From Camelus ferus (Eukaryota), in the NCBI RefSeq assembly GCF_009834535.1, contig NC_045696.1, positions 109,370,001-109,434,000 of the forward strand: DNA of 64,000 bases. The letters run 5' to 3'. The notes beneath the pieces are model-generated. The model did not search any database. It worked only from the letters and a program-made list of their open reading frames with translations, and was not told the origin of the DNA. The translations under genes and the position numbers were made by a program. Below, piece by piece: positions 51,267-64,000 of this stretch (within the stretch, counting starts at the first letter, position 1; each line of letters opens with the position of its first letter).

Positions 51267-54200
51267 AATTGAATCGTTTTCTTAATTTCATTTTCAGTTT
51301 GTTTATTGCAACTGTATAGAAATACAATTGATTTTTGTATATTGAGATTGTATCCAGCAAACTTGCTGAAGAAATGTAATTGATTTCTATCTTGAATTTG
51401 TATCCAGCAAATTCACTAAACTCTCTTATTAATTCTAACGTTTTATATTGTTGTGCAGCCATCACTACAATACAATATAAAATGTATTGATGGACCTCAC
51501 ACAATTTAATCTGTTATGTGACAAATTGATTGATTGATTGATTTTCTAATAATACACCAATCTTGTATTCCTTGAATGAATGCAACTTGATGATGATGTA
51601 TTATTATTTTTATATCTTGCTGTATTTGATATAATAGCATTTTTAGAAGGATTTTTTAGTCTGTGTTCACGAGTGATAGTAGTTTCTAATTTTCTGTCCT
51701 TATACTTTCTTTGTCAGACTATGTCATCAGGGTTTTGATGCCAGTTTCCAAAAGGAAAAATGGTTTGGGTGTATTCCTTATTTTCTATTCTCTGGAAGAG
51801 TTCACATATGATTGCAATGATTTATTTCTTGAATAGTTGTGGACACTGTTGAAGTGATTTGGATCTAGAGTTTTCTTTGTGGCAAGATATTTGATGACTG
51901 AATTTCTTTGGAAGCCTATGACTGTTTAGTTTCTATCATCCTTCAGTTATATTTTCCCTAGGAACTTCTCTATAATATGTAAAGTTTCAAATGTATTTAA
52001 AATTTGTGTATTATTTTATCATATTTTAATGTCTATAGCATTGGTAGTTCTTTTACCTTTTTATTCATGACTTTGGATACATGTGCTTTCTTTTAATGAT
52101 GTGTCTCATGAAGTTCAATTTTCAAAATCTTTTAAAATAATAAACTTCTAGCCTTGCTGGTCCTCTCTGTTGTCTCTCTTTTTCTGTTTCATAAATTCTT
52201 TTATTCCTTTGCATTTATTTGGATTTGCTTTGCACTTTCTATACATTCAAATGTTTATTTTCAGTGTTTTTTCTTTTCTTACATATGTGTTGCAGTCACT
52301 ATCTTTTCTTCTAAATACTGCTTCAGCTGGACCACATGAGTTTTATTGACCATTCTTACTACTATTCAGTTCAAAGTAGTTTCTGATTTCCGTTATGATT
52401 CTTTAACCGGTTGGTTATTTAGAAATGTATTCATTAATATCAAAATATACAAATATTTTCTAGTTATCTTTTGTTGTCAATTTCTAGAATAATTAGAGTG
52501 ATCACTTGCTTTATATGTTTTCATTCCTTTCAAATTTATTTTATAACTTTATGATTGGTTTTTCTACACGTCCCACATGTGCAAAGAATGTGTATCTATA
52601 AGTTGTTAGGTACAACAAATGTGTCCATAGGTCAAGTTTGTTACTGCTCAAATGGGCTCAGAAATATTGCTGATTTTAGTGTACTTGTTCTATCGGTTAC
52701 AGATAGAGATATGTTAAAATTGGCTAAGCCAGCTTTTCTTTTAGTTAATATTTACATGATATGTTTCCTTCCTTCTTTATACTTTAAACCTTACTGTTTC
52801 TTTATTATATGTAATTTGTAAATAACATCTCTTGTGTTTTGTTTTGAGTTTATATATTTTGACAATTATTAATATATTTCAATTTAACTCAAATCTATGT
52901 GCTTACTGTTTGTCTCCTGGGTCCTCATCCTTCTCTCTACTTTCTTTTATTATTTTTGAGTAGGTATATCTTTTAATAATTTCATTTCCCCTCAACTAGC
53001 TTCTAAGTGTACTAAGTATATATTCTGTTTTTATTCTTTTAGTATTTACCCAGAAAATTACAACATTCTTCTTTTATTTACCAAAGATTAATGTTAATCA
53101 ATACCTTTACTTACCCCCTGGACAATAAAATGACCTTAGAACACTTTAACTTCGTGTAATCTTTCCCCATTGTTATCAAATGCATTCTGTTCCACTACAA
53201 TATGTTTCTTTAATGAGGATTAGCTCATACATGATTGATAAACAATGATGTCAGTATAGCTCAGAAACTCTGCTAGCTTGCGTGTGATTTTCTTCTGCAT
53301 GTTAGTGATTTGAAGCCGTGAAAGGCAAGCTTTCTTATAATTAAAGACTAAGCCTTAATGATATGAAGACCTTAAAAAAAAAAAGCTAAAAATTCTGCAG
53401 AAATGCCTAACTTTAGTGCAAGCAGAGGTGGTTTTAGTGGCTTTAAGAACCTCTAACACATGTAACTTTAAGCTCTCTGGGTAGCTAAGAGTGCAAGTGA
53501 AGAGGTTGCAAAGAAATTTCTTCTCGGTTAAAGTAGGTTTGATTGATGAAGTCTCCTCTTGAACTGTACTTATTTTCTGTTTGTTTCTGTTGTTTAAATT
53601 AACATATGAAAATTTGAATTTTGGTATATCGTTCTATGAATTTTAATGCAAGTATGGATTTGTATAACCACCACCATAATCAGGAGACAGAACACTTTTC
53701 TTTGAGAACTTTCAAAGTGTTGTTCTACCACCATCAGGCCTCTTTGGTTTCGGACAAGAAATCCATAGTTATTTGATGCTTTGTTCTTCAAAGAAAAGAT
53801 GCATAATTTTTTTATTCTTCCTGTTTTCAAGATTTTTTTCCTTGTCTTTATTTTTCAGCAGTATGATTAAGAAGTGTCTAGCATGGATTTCTTTGGGTTT
53901 ATTATCTTCTGGGTTAAGTTAGCTTTTTGAATCTGTAAGCTTATGTTTTTCACCAGTTTTGGAAAGTTTTTTAAGCTTTTTTTGTCATGTATTTTTTTCT
54001 ACACTACTTGTTTTTCTCTTCTCCTTCTGCAGCTGTGTTGACAAAAATGTTTGCAATTTTGTATTTCCCAAAGGCTCCATTCATTTCCTCCCCCCACCCC
54101 CATCTTTTTCTCTCTGTTGTTTAGATTGGATAATTTCTGCTGATCTTCAAGTTCACAACTTTTCCTCTGACATCTCCATTCTGTTACTAAGTCCAGCCAA

Positions 54201-57200
54201 TGAGGTTTTTGTTTCAATTATTGTATTAGTTCTAAAACTTCCATGGGGTTCTTCTTTATAGCTTTTATTTCTTTGTTGAGACTTTCTGTCTTTTCATTTA
54301 ACAGTTTCATCCTTATTTTATAATAGCTACTTTAAAGTCTTTATCAGATAATCCCAATATTTATGTCATGTTGATGTTGGCAACTGTTGCCTGTCTTTTC
54401 CTGTGAGAGTTGAGATTTTCCTATTTTTTTTTTTTTTGTATGCTAGGTAATTCTGGATTTTGTACTAACCATTGTGATAATTGTTATGGGATTCTGGGCC
54501 TTGTCGAAATCCTATAAAAATTTGGATATTTTGTCTTTAAAGGCAGTCGACTCACTTGGGTTCCGGCTACAAATTCCAACCAGTCTTCCGCGATTTGTGG
54601 TTTTAAATGAGTTAGTTCCATTTTCAAACCTTTGCAGTGCTATTCAGATCTGTTCTGCATGTATGCCACCTAGTGATCAGTCTGGGTCCTGGAATGCAGT
54701 CAATCTATCTCTTAGTTTAGTTCTCAAATCCTTTGTGTACGCTGTTTAGAATTAGATCCACGCATGCACAGGAACTTGGCATAGGCTGGGGCACGCGCTG
54801 GGGTAGTCTGAGCACACAAGTCAGAGCTCCAGACTGCTCCAGATCTGTAACCTCTGGGAGCACCAGTTATGGCCGCCCTTGCCCCATTTAGATGCCGTGC
54901 CGGGTCTGAGCGGCTCTGTTCCCCACACCTGCACACTCTCCTTGGTGATGGCAGCCTTCACCCTAGTGCGCAGTTGCACTGGAGCCAGAGGAGCCAGAGC
55001 AGGCACTTGACATGGGCTGTGCCCTGAACTGCAGCAGTCTCAGGAAACGAGCCATAGTCCCTGGCAGTTTCAATCTGCTTCCTCTGCTTTGTTCCTGGGA
55101 GTAAGCAAGCATGTGCATGCTACTCATGAGCAGAGTCTCAATTTCTTACAGCCACTCCCCCCTCCGTTAGTCCCACTGATTTTTCAAGCCAACTAGCAGG
55201 ATGCACCGCCCTGGTGTCAGACCCAGGGCTGGGGCACCCAATATGTGGCTTGAACTACTTATTCTCTAGGGAGAAGCTCTGAGCCTATGTAATCTTTCTC
55301 TTCTTCTGTGTCCCTTCCTAAGGGCACAAGTCCCAACCTGATCACTTCTGTTCCCTTCCTATGCAATTCCATGTGGTGGTATAAGCATCTTTCTGCCAGT
55401 CTCCAGTTTATTTTCAGTGAGGATTGCTCCACATGTAGATGTATTCTTGATGTGTTTGTTGAGAAAGGTGAGCCTCTTACTCTGCCATTTGATCTTCCTC
55501 CTCTTGATTTCCTTTTTGGATTGTTCATTTTTAGTGTATAGAAATGCAACTGATTTTTGTGTGTTGACTTTCTATTTTGTAACTTTGCTGAGTTTATTTG
55601 TTCTAGTATTTTTGGCAAGGAATCTTTAGGGTTTCTACATATAAGAACATGTCATCTATCAACAGAGATAATTTTACTTCTTCCTTTCCATTTTGGCTGC
55701 CTTTTATTTCTTTTTATTGACTAATTGTTCTGGCTGGGACTTCTAATAGTATGTTGAATTCTTGTGAGAATAGGCATGCTTGCCTTATTCCTGATTTTGG
55801 TGGGAATGATTTCAGTTTTTCACCATTGAGTGTGATGTTTGCTGTGGACTTTTTATGAATGGCCTTTGTTATGTTGCAGTAATTTAATTTTATTTCTAGT
55901 TTGTTGAGTGTTTCTTTTTATCATGAAAGTTTGCTGAATCTTGTCAAATGCTTTTTTCTCCATCAATTGAGATGATCATGTCACTTGTGTCCTTCACTCT
56001 GTCAATGTAATGTATTACAGTGATTGATTTCTGTATGTTGAACCATCCTTGCACTTAAGGAATGAATCCCATTTGGTCATGGTATCTAATCCCTTTAATG
56101 GGCTGTTGAATTTGGTTTGCAAGTATTTTGTTGATCATAGTCATCAGGGATATTGGTCTGTACTTTTCTTTCCTCATTGTGTCTGTGTCTGGCTTTGGTA
56201 TCAGAGTAATGCTGACCCCATAAAATGAGTTTGGAAATGCTCCCTCCTCTTCAGTTGTTTGGAAGAGTTTCAGGAGGACTGGTGTTAATTTTTCCATAAA
56301 TATTTGATAGAATTCTCCAGGGAGACATCTGGCTCTGGCCTTTTCTTCTGGGGGAAGTTTTTGATTACTGATTCAATATTCTTACTCATTATTAGTCTGC
56401 TCAAGTTTTCTGTTTCTTCATAATTCAGACTTGATATGTTATGTGTTTCTAGAAATTAATCCATTTCTTTTAGGTTACCCAAGTTATGTATACAATTATT
56501 CATAGTATTCTTTTATAATCCTTTTAATTTCTATGCCATCATTTGTAATATCCCCTCTTTTATTTCTGATTTTAGTTATTTGAGTATTCTCTTTTATTCT
56601 TAGTATCTAGCTAAGATTTTGTCAATTTTGTTAATCTTTCAAAAATTTAATTCAATTTTGTTTATTTTTTCTAGTGCTTTTCTATTTTCTATTTGATTTG
56701 TCTCTTCTCTCATCTTCCTATTTCTCCCATTCTGTAGGTTGTCTTTTCATTTTGCTGATGGTTTTCTTTGCTGTGCAAAAGTGAGATCATTATTTTTTAA
56801 CATAGATTCATGTTGCTAATATCCTTTTGTACCAACTTGAAGGACTCACTTCAGCATTTCTTGTAGAGCAGTTCTGATGTTAATAAACTCCCTCAGCTTC
56901 TGTTCATCTGGGAAATTCTTAATTTCTCCTTCATTTTTGAAGGACAGTTTTGCCAGATATAGTCTTTTTGGCCAACAGTTTTTGTTTCTTTCAGCAGTTT
57001 GAATATATCATCCCACTTCCTTTTGACCTGCAAAGTTTCTGTTGAGAAATTCACTGAAAATCTTAGGGAGGCTCCCTTGTTATTGTCTTTTGCTGTTTCT
57101 AAGATTCTCTCTTTGGCTTTGGCTTTGGGCAGTTTGATTATGATATCTCACTGTAGTTCTCTTTGGATTTATCCTAGTTGGAGTTCTTTGAGCTTCTTGA

Positions 57201-57589
57201 ATTTGTGCGTCCATTTCTTTCCTCAGAGGAAGTTTCAGTTCATTATTTCTTTAAATAATCCCTCTCCCCCTTTCTTTCTTTTCTTTCTGGGATTTCCACA
57301 ATGTGTATGCTGGTTCACCTTAAGCCCTCTTCATTTTTCTTCACTTATTTTTTTTTCTTTTTTGCTCCTCTGTCTTGCTGATTTTTAAAGACCTTTCTTC
57401 AAGCTCACTGATTCTTTTTCTAACTGGTCAAGTCTGCTCTTAAACCCTGTGTTAGTTTCCAGTTCATTTATTGAATTTTTCAGTTCTAGAATTTCTGTTT
57501 TTTGTTTGTTTGTTTTTGGTTTTGGTTTTGGTTTTGGTTTTTTATTTTCCCACAATTTCTATCTCTTTGTTGACATCTCATTTTGTTCA

Positions 57590-58850
57590 TAGTGGGCTCA
57601 AGATAGGTGAGTAGGTATAAAGGTAGCACTTGCACAATGCTGTGAAGTCACTGAGCCATTTACTTTTTCTTGTAGAAACAGAGGAAAACTGCATTTTCCA
57701 GTGTCCCCTGCCTCTGGATAGGGCTATGTGATTAGTTATGGCCAATGGAATTCAATTTCTTGGTCCAGCTTCTAAGATAACCCATGAGCTTCTTGGCTTC
57801 TCTCATTATCTATAAGGCAGCTATCTGGATGCAGAGGACCCAGAAGAGGACTGCAAGAGGATGGGGGATCCATAAGATGGAAGGGACACCCAACCAGGGA
57901 CATTCACTTTGTTTACCTGAGGGAGGAACAGCCGTTGTATTAAGCCACTGAAATTTAGGTTTGTTATAGCTGTTAGTCCATTGTAACTGATACAGAAATT
58001 GGTAAGGGAAGTGGATTCTTGTTGAAATTAAATCCTACAGTATGGGACATTGGCATAGCAGTAGGTGATAAGCAGTGAGGAAGCTATGTTGAGGACTGGA
58101 GAAATAGAGATCCATATTGTTAGAGAAAAAATTGATAAAATAATCATTTTTTGAAATGTGAGAAGACAATCACATGCCTAATGAGTCATCAGTACCAGGG
58201 TAAAAATGGGATCAGAGTCTTAGTATGTGTGGATTTTATTGGCCTTGATGGCAAGATACTGCAAGAGAAGTATGCATTTAGGAAAGACTTAGCCAGTGTA
58301 AATGTAGAAATGAAAGGATGTTGAGAGATTCCAGAAATTTGACACCTTAAAAGGAGAGAAAGACAAGTATTTTGAAGCCTCAACTAAGAAGAGATAGGAT
58401 TTCTTTTTAAAGCTTTGAATAATAAAGGCTTGGTATAATTTATGTTGAATAAAGCACTCAGGGAAAATTTTACATTTTGGACTTTCGTTTTTCAAGCTAG
58501 ATAGGCTGAAGGTAGCTGCCTTTACATTGACAGAGAGGCAAAGAAAAGGGTTAAGAAAGAACTTTAGGATTTGAGAAACATGACCAGGAAAAAATCTTGG
58601 TTATGATTAATAAATGGAGCCAAAAGCAAGTAGATTAACAACCTAGTGTTTGAAGGAATTAAATTTTGTAAGCTACCACAAGCCTGGACAAAAATCCAGC
58701 TCTGACTGTTCAAGACTTAAGACAATCATCAGAGTGGTAGTGGCAATGCAGTGGGAGGTGAGCCTGGACCCCACATTCCTCCATGAACAGAACATCCTGG
58801 GATTATCTCTTATCTGTCAGCAACCAAGGTATTTGCATCAGGTTCCAAGG
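57590..58850 (+). mobile_element. MaLR: MLT1-type LTR (to 57994) followed by MLT1 internal sequence
   Basis: LTR 3' end ttaagccactgaaattt...ttgttatagc...actgataca directly followed by gaaattggta..gaagtgg, typical of the MLT1 internal start. Confidence 0.65.
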
Positions 58851-58984
58851 AAGTAAGCACAATGAATTAAACATGTTGGCTTCCCACAAAGTCTTTGAAT
58901 CATGAAATCATAAGCTCTACATCTCCACTTGGATGACTAATAGAGATTTCAAACTTACCTTGTCAAAAGGTGAACATTTACAGC

Positions 58985-61450
58985 TTCCAATCCTGACCAA
59001 GATGGATTAATGGATCAGATTTATTTCCACCCAAAGTAACTAAAAATCTGGACAAATAAATGAAACAGTGTTGTTAAGACATTAGATATTAGGCAATGAA
59101 GAACAGTGATCCCTGAAAAATGGGAAGCAAATGAAGTGAACCCTATGATGGCCCCAGCTTAATTCCTGGAAGGGAATCCAGGGAGAGCTTAGCAGTCTCC
59201 TCAGGTTAAGAAGTTGGATTTGGGAGGCCCAGGTGACTTGAGTTTGCAGGGCAAATCATCAGAGAGGAGGAGTTGCAGAGAGAAAACTCTAGAAATGTGT
59301 AGAAGGTCCCTGTAGTATTGGCTAATGCATGTATATGAGAAAGTTTCACAAGGCAGGAGAAAGTGTCACCCAAAAAGGATCAGAAGGAAAATCCCTGTAG
59401 CTCACACAAAGACAGTCATAATGCCTGTTTTCACCATCGAGAGGGAAAAATCACATAATTCACAAGGCATCGGGGAGAATATACAGAAGAGTTCACCTTA
59501 GTAGTGGGGAAGTTTCAGCCCCTCTACTTAATTAAACACTACTCTGGTCCTACCTAAAAAAGCTTAAAAGCAAGATGTGTGAAGGAAGTAAACCAGCTCT
59601 GTGTAACTTAATCATGTCCCATAACAAAAGTCAGGCATATTTATAGGAATACAGAAACATGTAGCACCCAGCAAGATAAAAATTTAAATGTCTGGCATAC
59701 ACTCAAAGATTGCCAGACATACAAAAGACAGAAGGATATGTTCCATAATAAAAAGAAAAATAAATCATAAAAGTTCACCCAGAAATAATATATACAATAG
59801 ATTCAGTAAGTTGAGACCTTAAAACATTTATTAGAACTATAATCCATATGTTCAGGAAGATAGATGAAAGATTGAACATGTTAAGTAGAGACAAAATATA
59901 AAGAATACTCAAATTGAATTTATAGGCATGAAAACTACAATGTCTGAGATTTAAAAAAAAATACACCTGATGTTACAAATGGCAGATTAGATATTATGGA
60001 AGATAAGACTAGTGAACTTGAAGACAGAGAAATAGAAACCATCCAAAATGAAGCACAAAGAGGAAAAATACTACAAATAAACAAAAAAGCATCAGTGGAC
60101 TGTGGGACAACTTTAAGCTCCCTAATATACTTGTAACTGGAGTCCCCGAAGGAGAGGATTTGCAAAACATTTTCAGATGCCCAGAACTTACTCATCTTAT
60201 AACTGAAAGTGCATACTCTTTGACCAAGATCTCCCCATTTCCCCTGCCCCCCTGGTCCCTGTCATTCTACTTTCTGTTTCAGTGAGTTCAGCTTCTTTGG
60301 ATATTGCATATAAGTGAGGTCATACACTATTTGTCTTTCTCTGTCTGACTTATTTCACTTAGCATAATGGCCTCAAGGTCCATCCATTTTGTTGCAAGTA
60401 GCAGAATTTCCTTCTTCCTCATGGCTGAATAATATTCAGTGTGTGTGTTTGTGTGTGTGTGTGTGTGAATTCTTTTTTATCATTTACTTAGGTTGTTTAC
60501 ACATCTTGCCTATTGTGAATGATGCTGCAATGAACATAGGAGTGCATGTATTTCTTCAAGATCCTATTTCATTTCCTTTGAATACACACCCAGAAGTAGG
60601 ATTGCTGGATCATGTGGTAGTTCTTTTAAAATTTTTTGAAGGACTAATGGACACATAATTTTTAATTAAGTAAAAACTATAAACCTAGATATTTCAAGAA
60701 ACTCAGTGAATCCCATGCACATGAAATAATAAAACTATACCGAGGTGTTACATAATCAAATTGTTCAAAACAAGAGAAAATCTTAAAAGTAGCTAGAGGA
60801 AAAGACCATAGATTTCACGTTGGAATAAATGTTGTCAGAAATAATCTAACAAAACCTTAAAGTACTGAAAAGTAAGAACTGTCACTGTAGAATTTTTTTA
60901 CCTAGTGAAAATACCTTTCAAAATGGTGAAATAAAGGCTTCTCTAGGTATAAAAATCCAAAAGGAATTAGTCACCAACAGATCTGTGCTGCAAGAAATAC
61001 TAAAAGAAGTCTTGCAGGCAGAATGAATATAACAGTTGAAAATCTGGATCTACACGAAGGAATGCAGAGTACCAGAAATAATGACTATGTTGGGTAAATA
61101 TAAAGACACTTTTTGTTTTAATATCTTTAAAAGATGATTGTTTAAAGCAAAAATAAAAACAATGCAGTGTGGCATTTGTAACATATGGAGAAATAAAATG
61201 TTATGACAACAGTAGCACAAAGACCTAGAGGGGGAAAACGTAAATAAATTACTGCAAGGTCTTATCTGTACATGAAGTGGTAAAACATGGCTTGAAAGGA
61301 GATGATAACAAATATTAAAGGTATACTGTAAACTCTAAAGTAACAACTAAGACAGCGTGGAGTTGTCGCTTATCAGCCAACAAAGGAAAAAGAGATGAAA
61401 AAAAACTCTGAAAGAAAAATTCTAAGTTGATCCAAAAGAAGTCCAAGAAA
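58985..61450 (+). mobile_element. Old L1 5'UTR/ORF1 region, interrupted by an antisense L1MA-like fragment (about 60170-60640)
   Basis: ORF1 motifs (tagtgaacttgaagacaga; gaattttttacctagtgaaaatacctttcaaa; ctgcaagaaatactaaaagaagtc). Confidence 0.75.
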
Positions 61451-61611
61451 AGAGGGAAATGAGATCAAAGGCCAGGTGAGGTTTGGCCCTGTTTGTTATA
61501 GAACAGAGAGCCTGTCCTGAATAACACAGGTGGCAAGGAGGCAGGTGGGGGGGTAAGATGTAAGTGAGTGGGAGGTAGGCAGTGCTTGGGTGAGTGAGGA
61601 GTTGAAGGTTG

Positions 61612-61766
61612 TTTTTTTTTTCAAAGACCTATTTTTTTAATTAATTAATTTTGGGGAGGATTAGGTTATGAATGTATGTATGTATTAATGGAGGTACGGG
61701 GGATTGAACCCAGGACCTTGTGCATGCTAAGCACGCGCTCTACCACTGAGCTACATCCTCCTCCCC
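61612..61766 (-). mobile_element. tRNA-Ala-derived SINE (Vic-1-like), copy 5
   Basis: Minus strand GAGGATGTAGCTCAGTGGTAGAGCGCGTGCTTAGCATGCACAAGGTCCTGGGTTCAATCCCCCGTACCTCCA + (ATAC)n + AACCTAATCCTCCCC; left boundary approximate. Confidence 0.88.
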
Positions 61767-61869
61767 AGTTGACAATTTATTATATGCTAACCACTGGGTT
61801 TTGCACCAGCCACAAAGACCTCCCCGCACCCTATCTCGCTATCTCTTCTTCTCTTCCTATTCTCTCTTA

Positions 61870-63900
61870 ATGTTTTAAAATCAACTTTATTAGGGTAATT
61901 TTTAGGTACTATACATTTGCATATAATAAAATGCACCCATTTTAAGTGTACACTCCAATGGATTTTTTTAATGTGTACACCTGAGCAATCACAACCTAAA
62001 TCAACATATAGAGCATGTGCATCACCCCTAGAAATTTCTGTCAGTTCCACTCCCTCCCCAGCCCCAGCCCCAGACAACTGCTGATCAACTTTCTGTCACT
62101 AGAGGTTAGTTTTGTCTTTTCTAGGAGTCCATATAAATGAAATCATACACTACATACTCTTTTGGGTCTTGCTTCTTTTACTCAGCATGATATTTTGACA
62201 TTTTGTTCATTTTTATTGCTGGGTAATATTCCATGGAGGATATATATACTACAATTTGTTTACCCATTCATCTATTGATGGATAGCTGGGCTGTTTCCAG
62301 TTTGGGGCTTATTGTGAATACAGCTGTTATGAATATTTGTGTACAAGTCTTTTCATGAACATGTGTTTTCATTTCTCTCAAAACCTAAGAGTGGAATTGC
62401 TAGGTCACATGGCAAGTATAAAGTTTTACTTTATAAGAAACTGCAAAACTGTTGTACCATTTTACACACCCACGGTGTCTGAACAGCGTATGAGAGTTCT
62501 GGGTGTTCCACATTCTCACCGACGTTTGGTATTGTCAGTTTCTAAATTTTGACCTTTCTAGTGGGTCACTGGCTGTGTAGTGGTTTCTCATTGTGATTTT
62601 AATCCATAGTTTCCTGGTTACTAATGATCTCAGCATCCTTTCATGTGGCTTATCGATCATTCACATATTTTCTTTTATAAAGTCTGTTTAAATCTTTTGC
62701 CCATTTTAAAACATCGAGTTGTTTGTCTGATTATTGAGTGGTAAGAGTTCTTTGTATATTCTAGATACAAATTCTTCATATAATATTTGTATTATGAATA
62801 TTTTTCTCTTGGTGTGTGGCTTGTCTTTTCATTTGCTCAACAGCATCTTTTGAAGAGCAGAAGTTTTTAATTTTGATGAAATCTAAGTGATGAATTCTTT
62901 TATGCTTAGTGCTTTATGTTCTTGTCTAAGAAATCTTTGCCTGTCCCAAGGTCACAAAAATTTACTCCTATATTTTTTTCCATAAATTGTATGGTTTTGG
63001 CTTTAACATTTACGTATATGCTACATTTCAAATTAGGTAAGAATTGAGGTTCCTTGTTTCTTCCCTTTACAGATATTCAGCATTATTTGCTGAAAAGATG
63101 ATTCCCTTTTTCCTATTGAATTATCTTGGTATCTTTGTTGAATATCAATTGACCATATATATGTGGGTTTATTTCTGGACTCTAATCTGTTCCATCAATC
63201 CTATGCCTATGTAACACTTTCTTGATTACTTCGGATTTCCAGTATATCTGAAAATTAAGTATAGTATAAGTTCTCCAAATTTGTCCTTCTCTTTCAAGAT
63301 TATTTTGGCTATTTTTTATCCTTAGCATTTCCATGTAAATTTAGTATCAGTTTTTTATTTCTACAAGGAAAGCCTGCTGGAATTTTTATTGAGATGGTAT
63401 TGAATATATAGTTCACTGTAGGGGAGAACTGACATCTTAACTGTGTAGCATCTCCCAACCGATGAACATGATATATTTCTTTTTTCTTTAGGTTTTCTTT
63501 GGTCTCTCTTAATAATATTTTATAATTTTTAGTGAAGAGGACTTATAATATTGTGTTAAATTTATCTTTAAATATTTCATATTTTTGATTGGTATTTTTA
63601 AAAATTTCATTTCCAGTTATTCTTTGCTGGTAAATAGAAATAAAATAGATTTTTATATATTGATCTTATATTCTGTAATCTTTCTAAATTCTCTTGTTGT
63701 TTCTAGTAACTTTTTGGGGGTAGATTCCTTAGGATTTTCAACATATATGAGCATGTTGTCTGCAAATAAAGACAGTTTCACTTCTTCCTTCCTAACCTTT
63801 ATTCATTTACTTCTTTTTCTTATCTTATTGCCCTGTCTCGTACCTCCACTATTATGTTGATTAGAAGTGGTGAGACAAACATCTTAGTTTCATTCTTGGA
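61870..63900 (-). mobile_element. L1 (L1MB/MC-like) 3'UTR and ORF2
   Basis: aactttatt...ataaaatgcacccattttaagtgtaca; gggctgtttccagtttggggc; tgggtttatttctggactct; gtctgcaaataaagacagttt. Confidence 0.88.
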
Positions 63901-64000
63901 GCATTCTCGGTTTCCTTCTTGAATTCCCACACCATGTCATGATTAGATCATATTGATTCTTCCTTTGAAATACATCTGGAGTCAAGTGACCTCTGATACA

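Larger units (their letters stand above)
47180..57590 (-). mobile_element. Nearly contiguous pile of mostly antisense L1 fragments of several ages
   Basis: ORF2 C-terminus (48281-48523, WKQPKCPSTDDWIKKMW), RT-proximal remnant (56055-56297, FPNSFY..SITLIPKP..YRPISLM), 5'UTR/ORF1 pieces (about 48590-50340, 53700-55500), and an L1 5' start GGAGGAAGATCAAATGGCAGAG at about 55500 on the minus strand. Confidence 0.88.

Noticed and set aside
50360..51430. Opposite-orientation L1 pieces meeting at about 50600 as a twin-priming inversion
   Set aside because: The pieces are convergent and not adjacent on the L1 consensus, so independent fragments or a later rearrangement are more likely.
56055..56297. 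L1 ORF2-like ORFs (also 48281-48523, 50810-51001) as active genes
   Set aside because: Short fragments of frameshifted, truncated L1 copies; no intact ORF2 anywhere in the window.
1..64000. Prokaryote-type systems (CRISPR, operons, defence islands), a CpG-island promoter, or a second protein-coding gene
   Set aside because: The sequence is intron- and TE-rich mammalian DNA with global CpG depletion. I found no repeat-spacer array, CpG island, or further exon chain with recognisable protein similarity.

Overview
Mammalian genomic DNA, most likely a camelid: it has five tRNA-Ala-derived SINEs resembling Vic-1, and I recognised no Alu, B1/B2, Bov-tA/BovB, PRE or CAN SINEs. The only protein-coding gene I can support is the 3' part of RYK (Wnt-binding receptor tyrosine pseudokinase) on the + strand. 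Its last five coding exons (2406-2538, 3807-3916, 4079-4238, 20971-21107, 22252-22363) splice GT-AG in frame to give 216 aa ending ...AALGAYV*, followed by a roughly 1 kb 3'UTR with tandem polyA signals. The rest is intron and about 40 kb of downstream intergenic DNA dominated by transposon relics (L1, HAL1-like, L2, MIR, MaLR/MLT1, one ERV1-type solo LTR, Tigger/MER DNA transposons) and microsatellites. Almost all ORF-track entries are artefacts or L1 remnants. I found no convincing novel biological system. The most notable details are a TSD-flanked 5'UTR+ORF1-only L1 insertion, an intact solo ERV1 LTR, neural miRNA seeds split by alternative polyadenylation, an open read-through frame after the RYK UGA-C stop, and a 427-nt polypyrimidine tract. 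Repeat subfamily names come from remembered consensus sequences and need RepeatMasker/Dfam confirmation.
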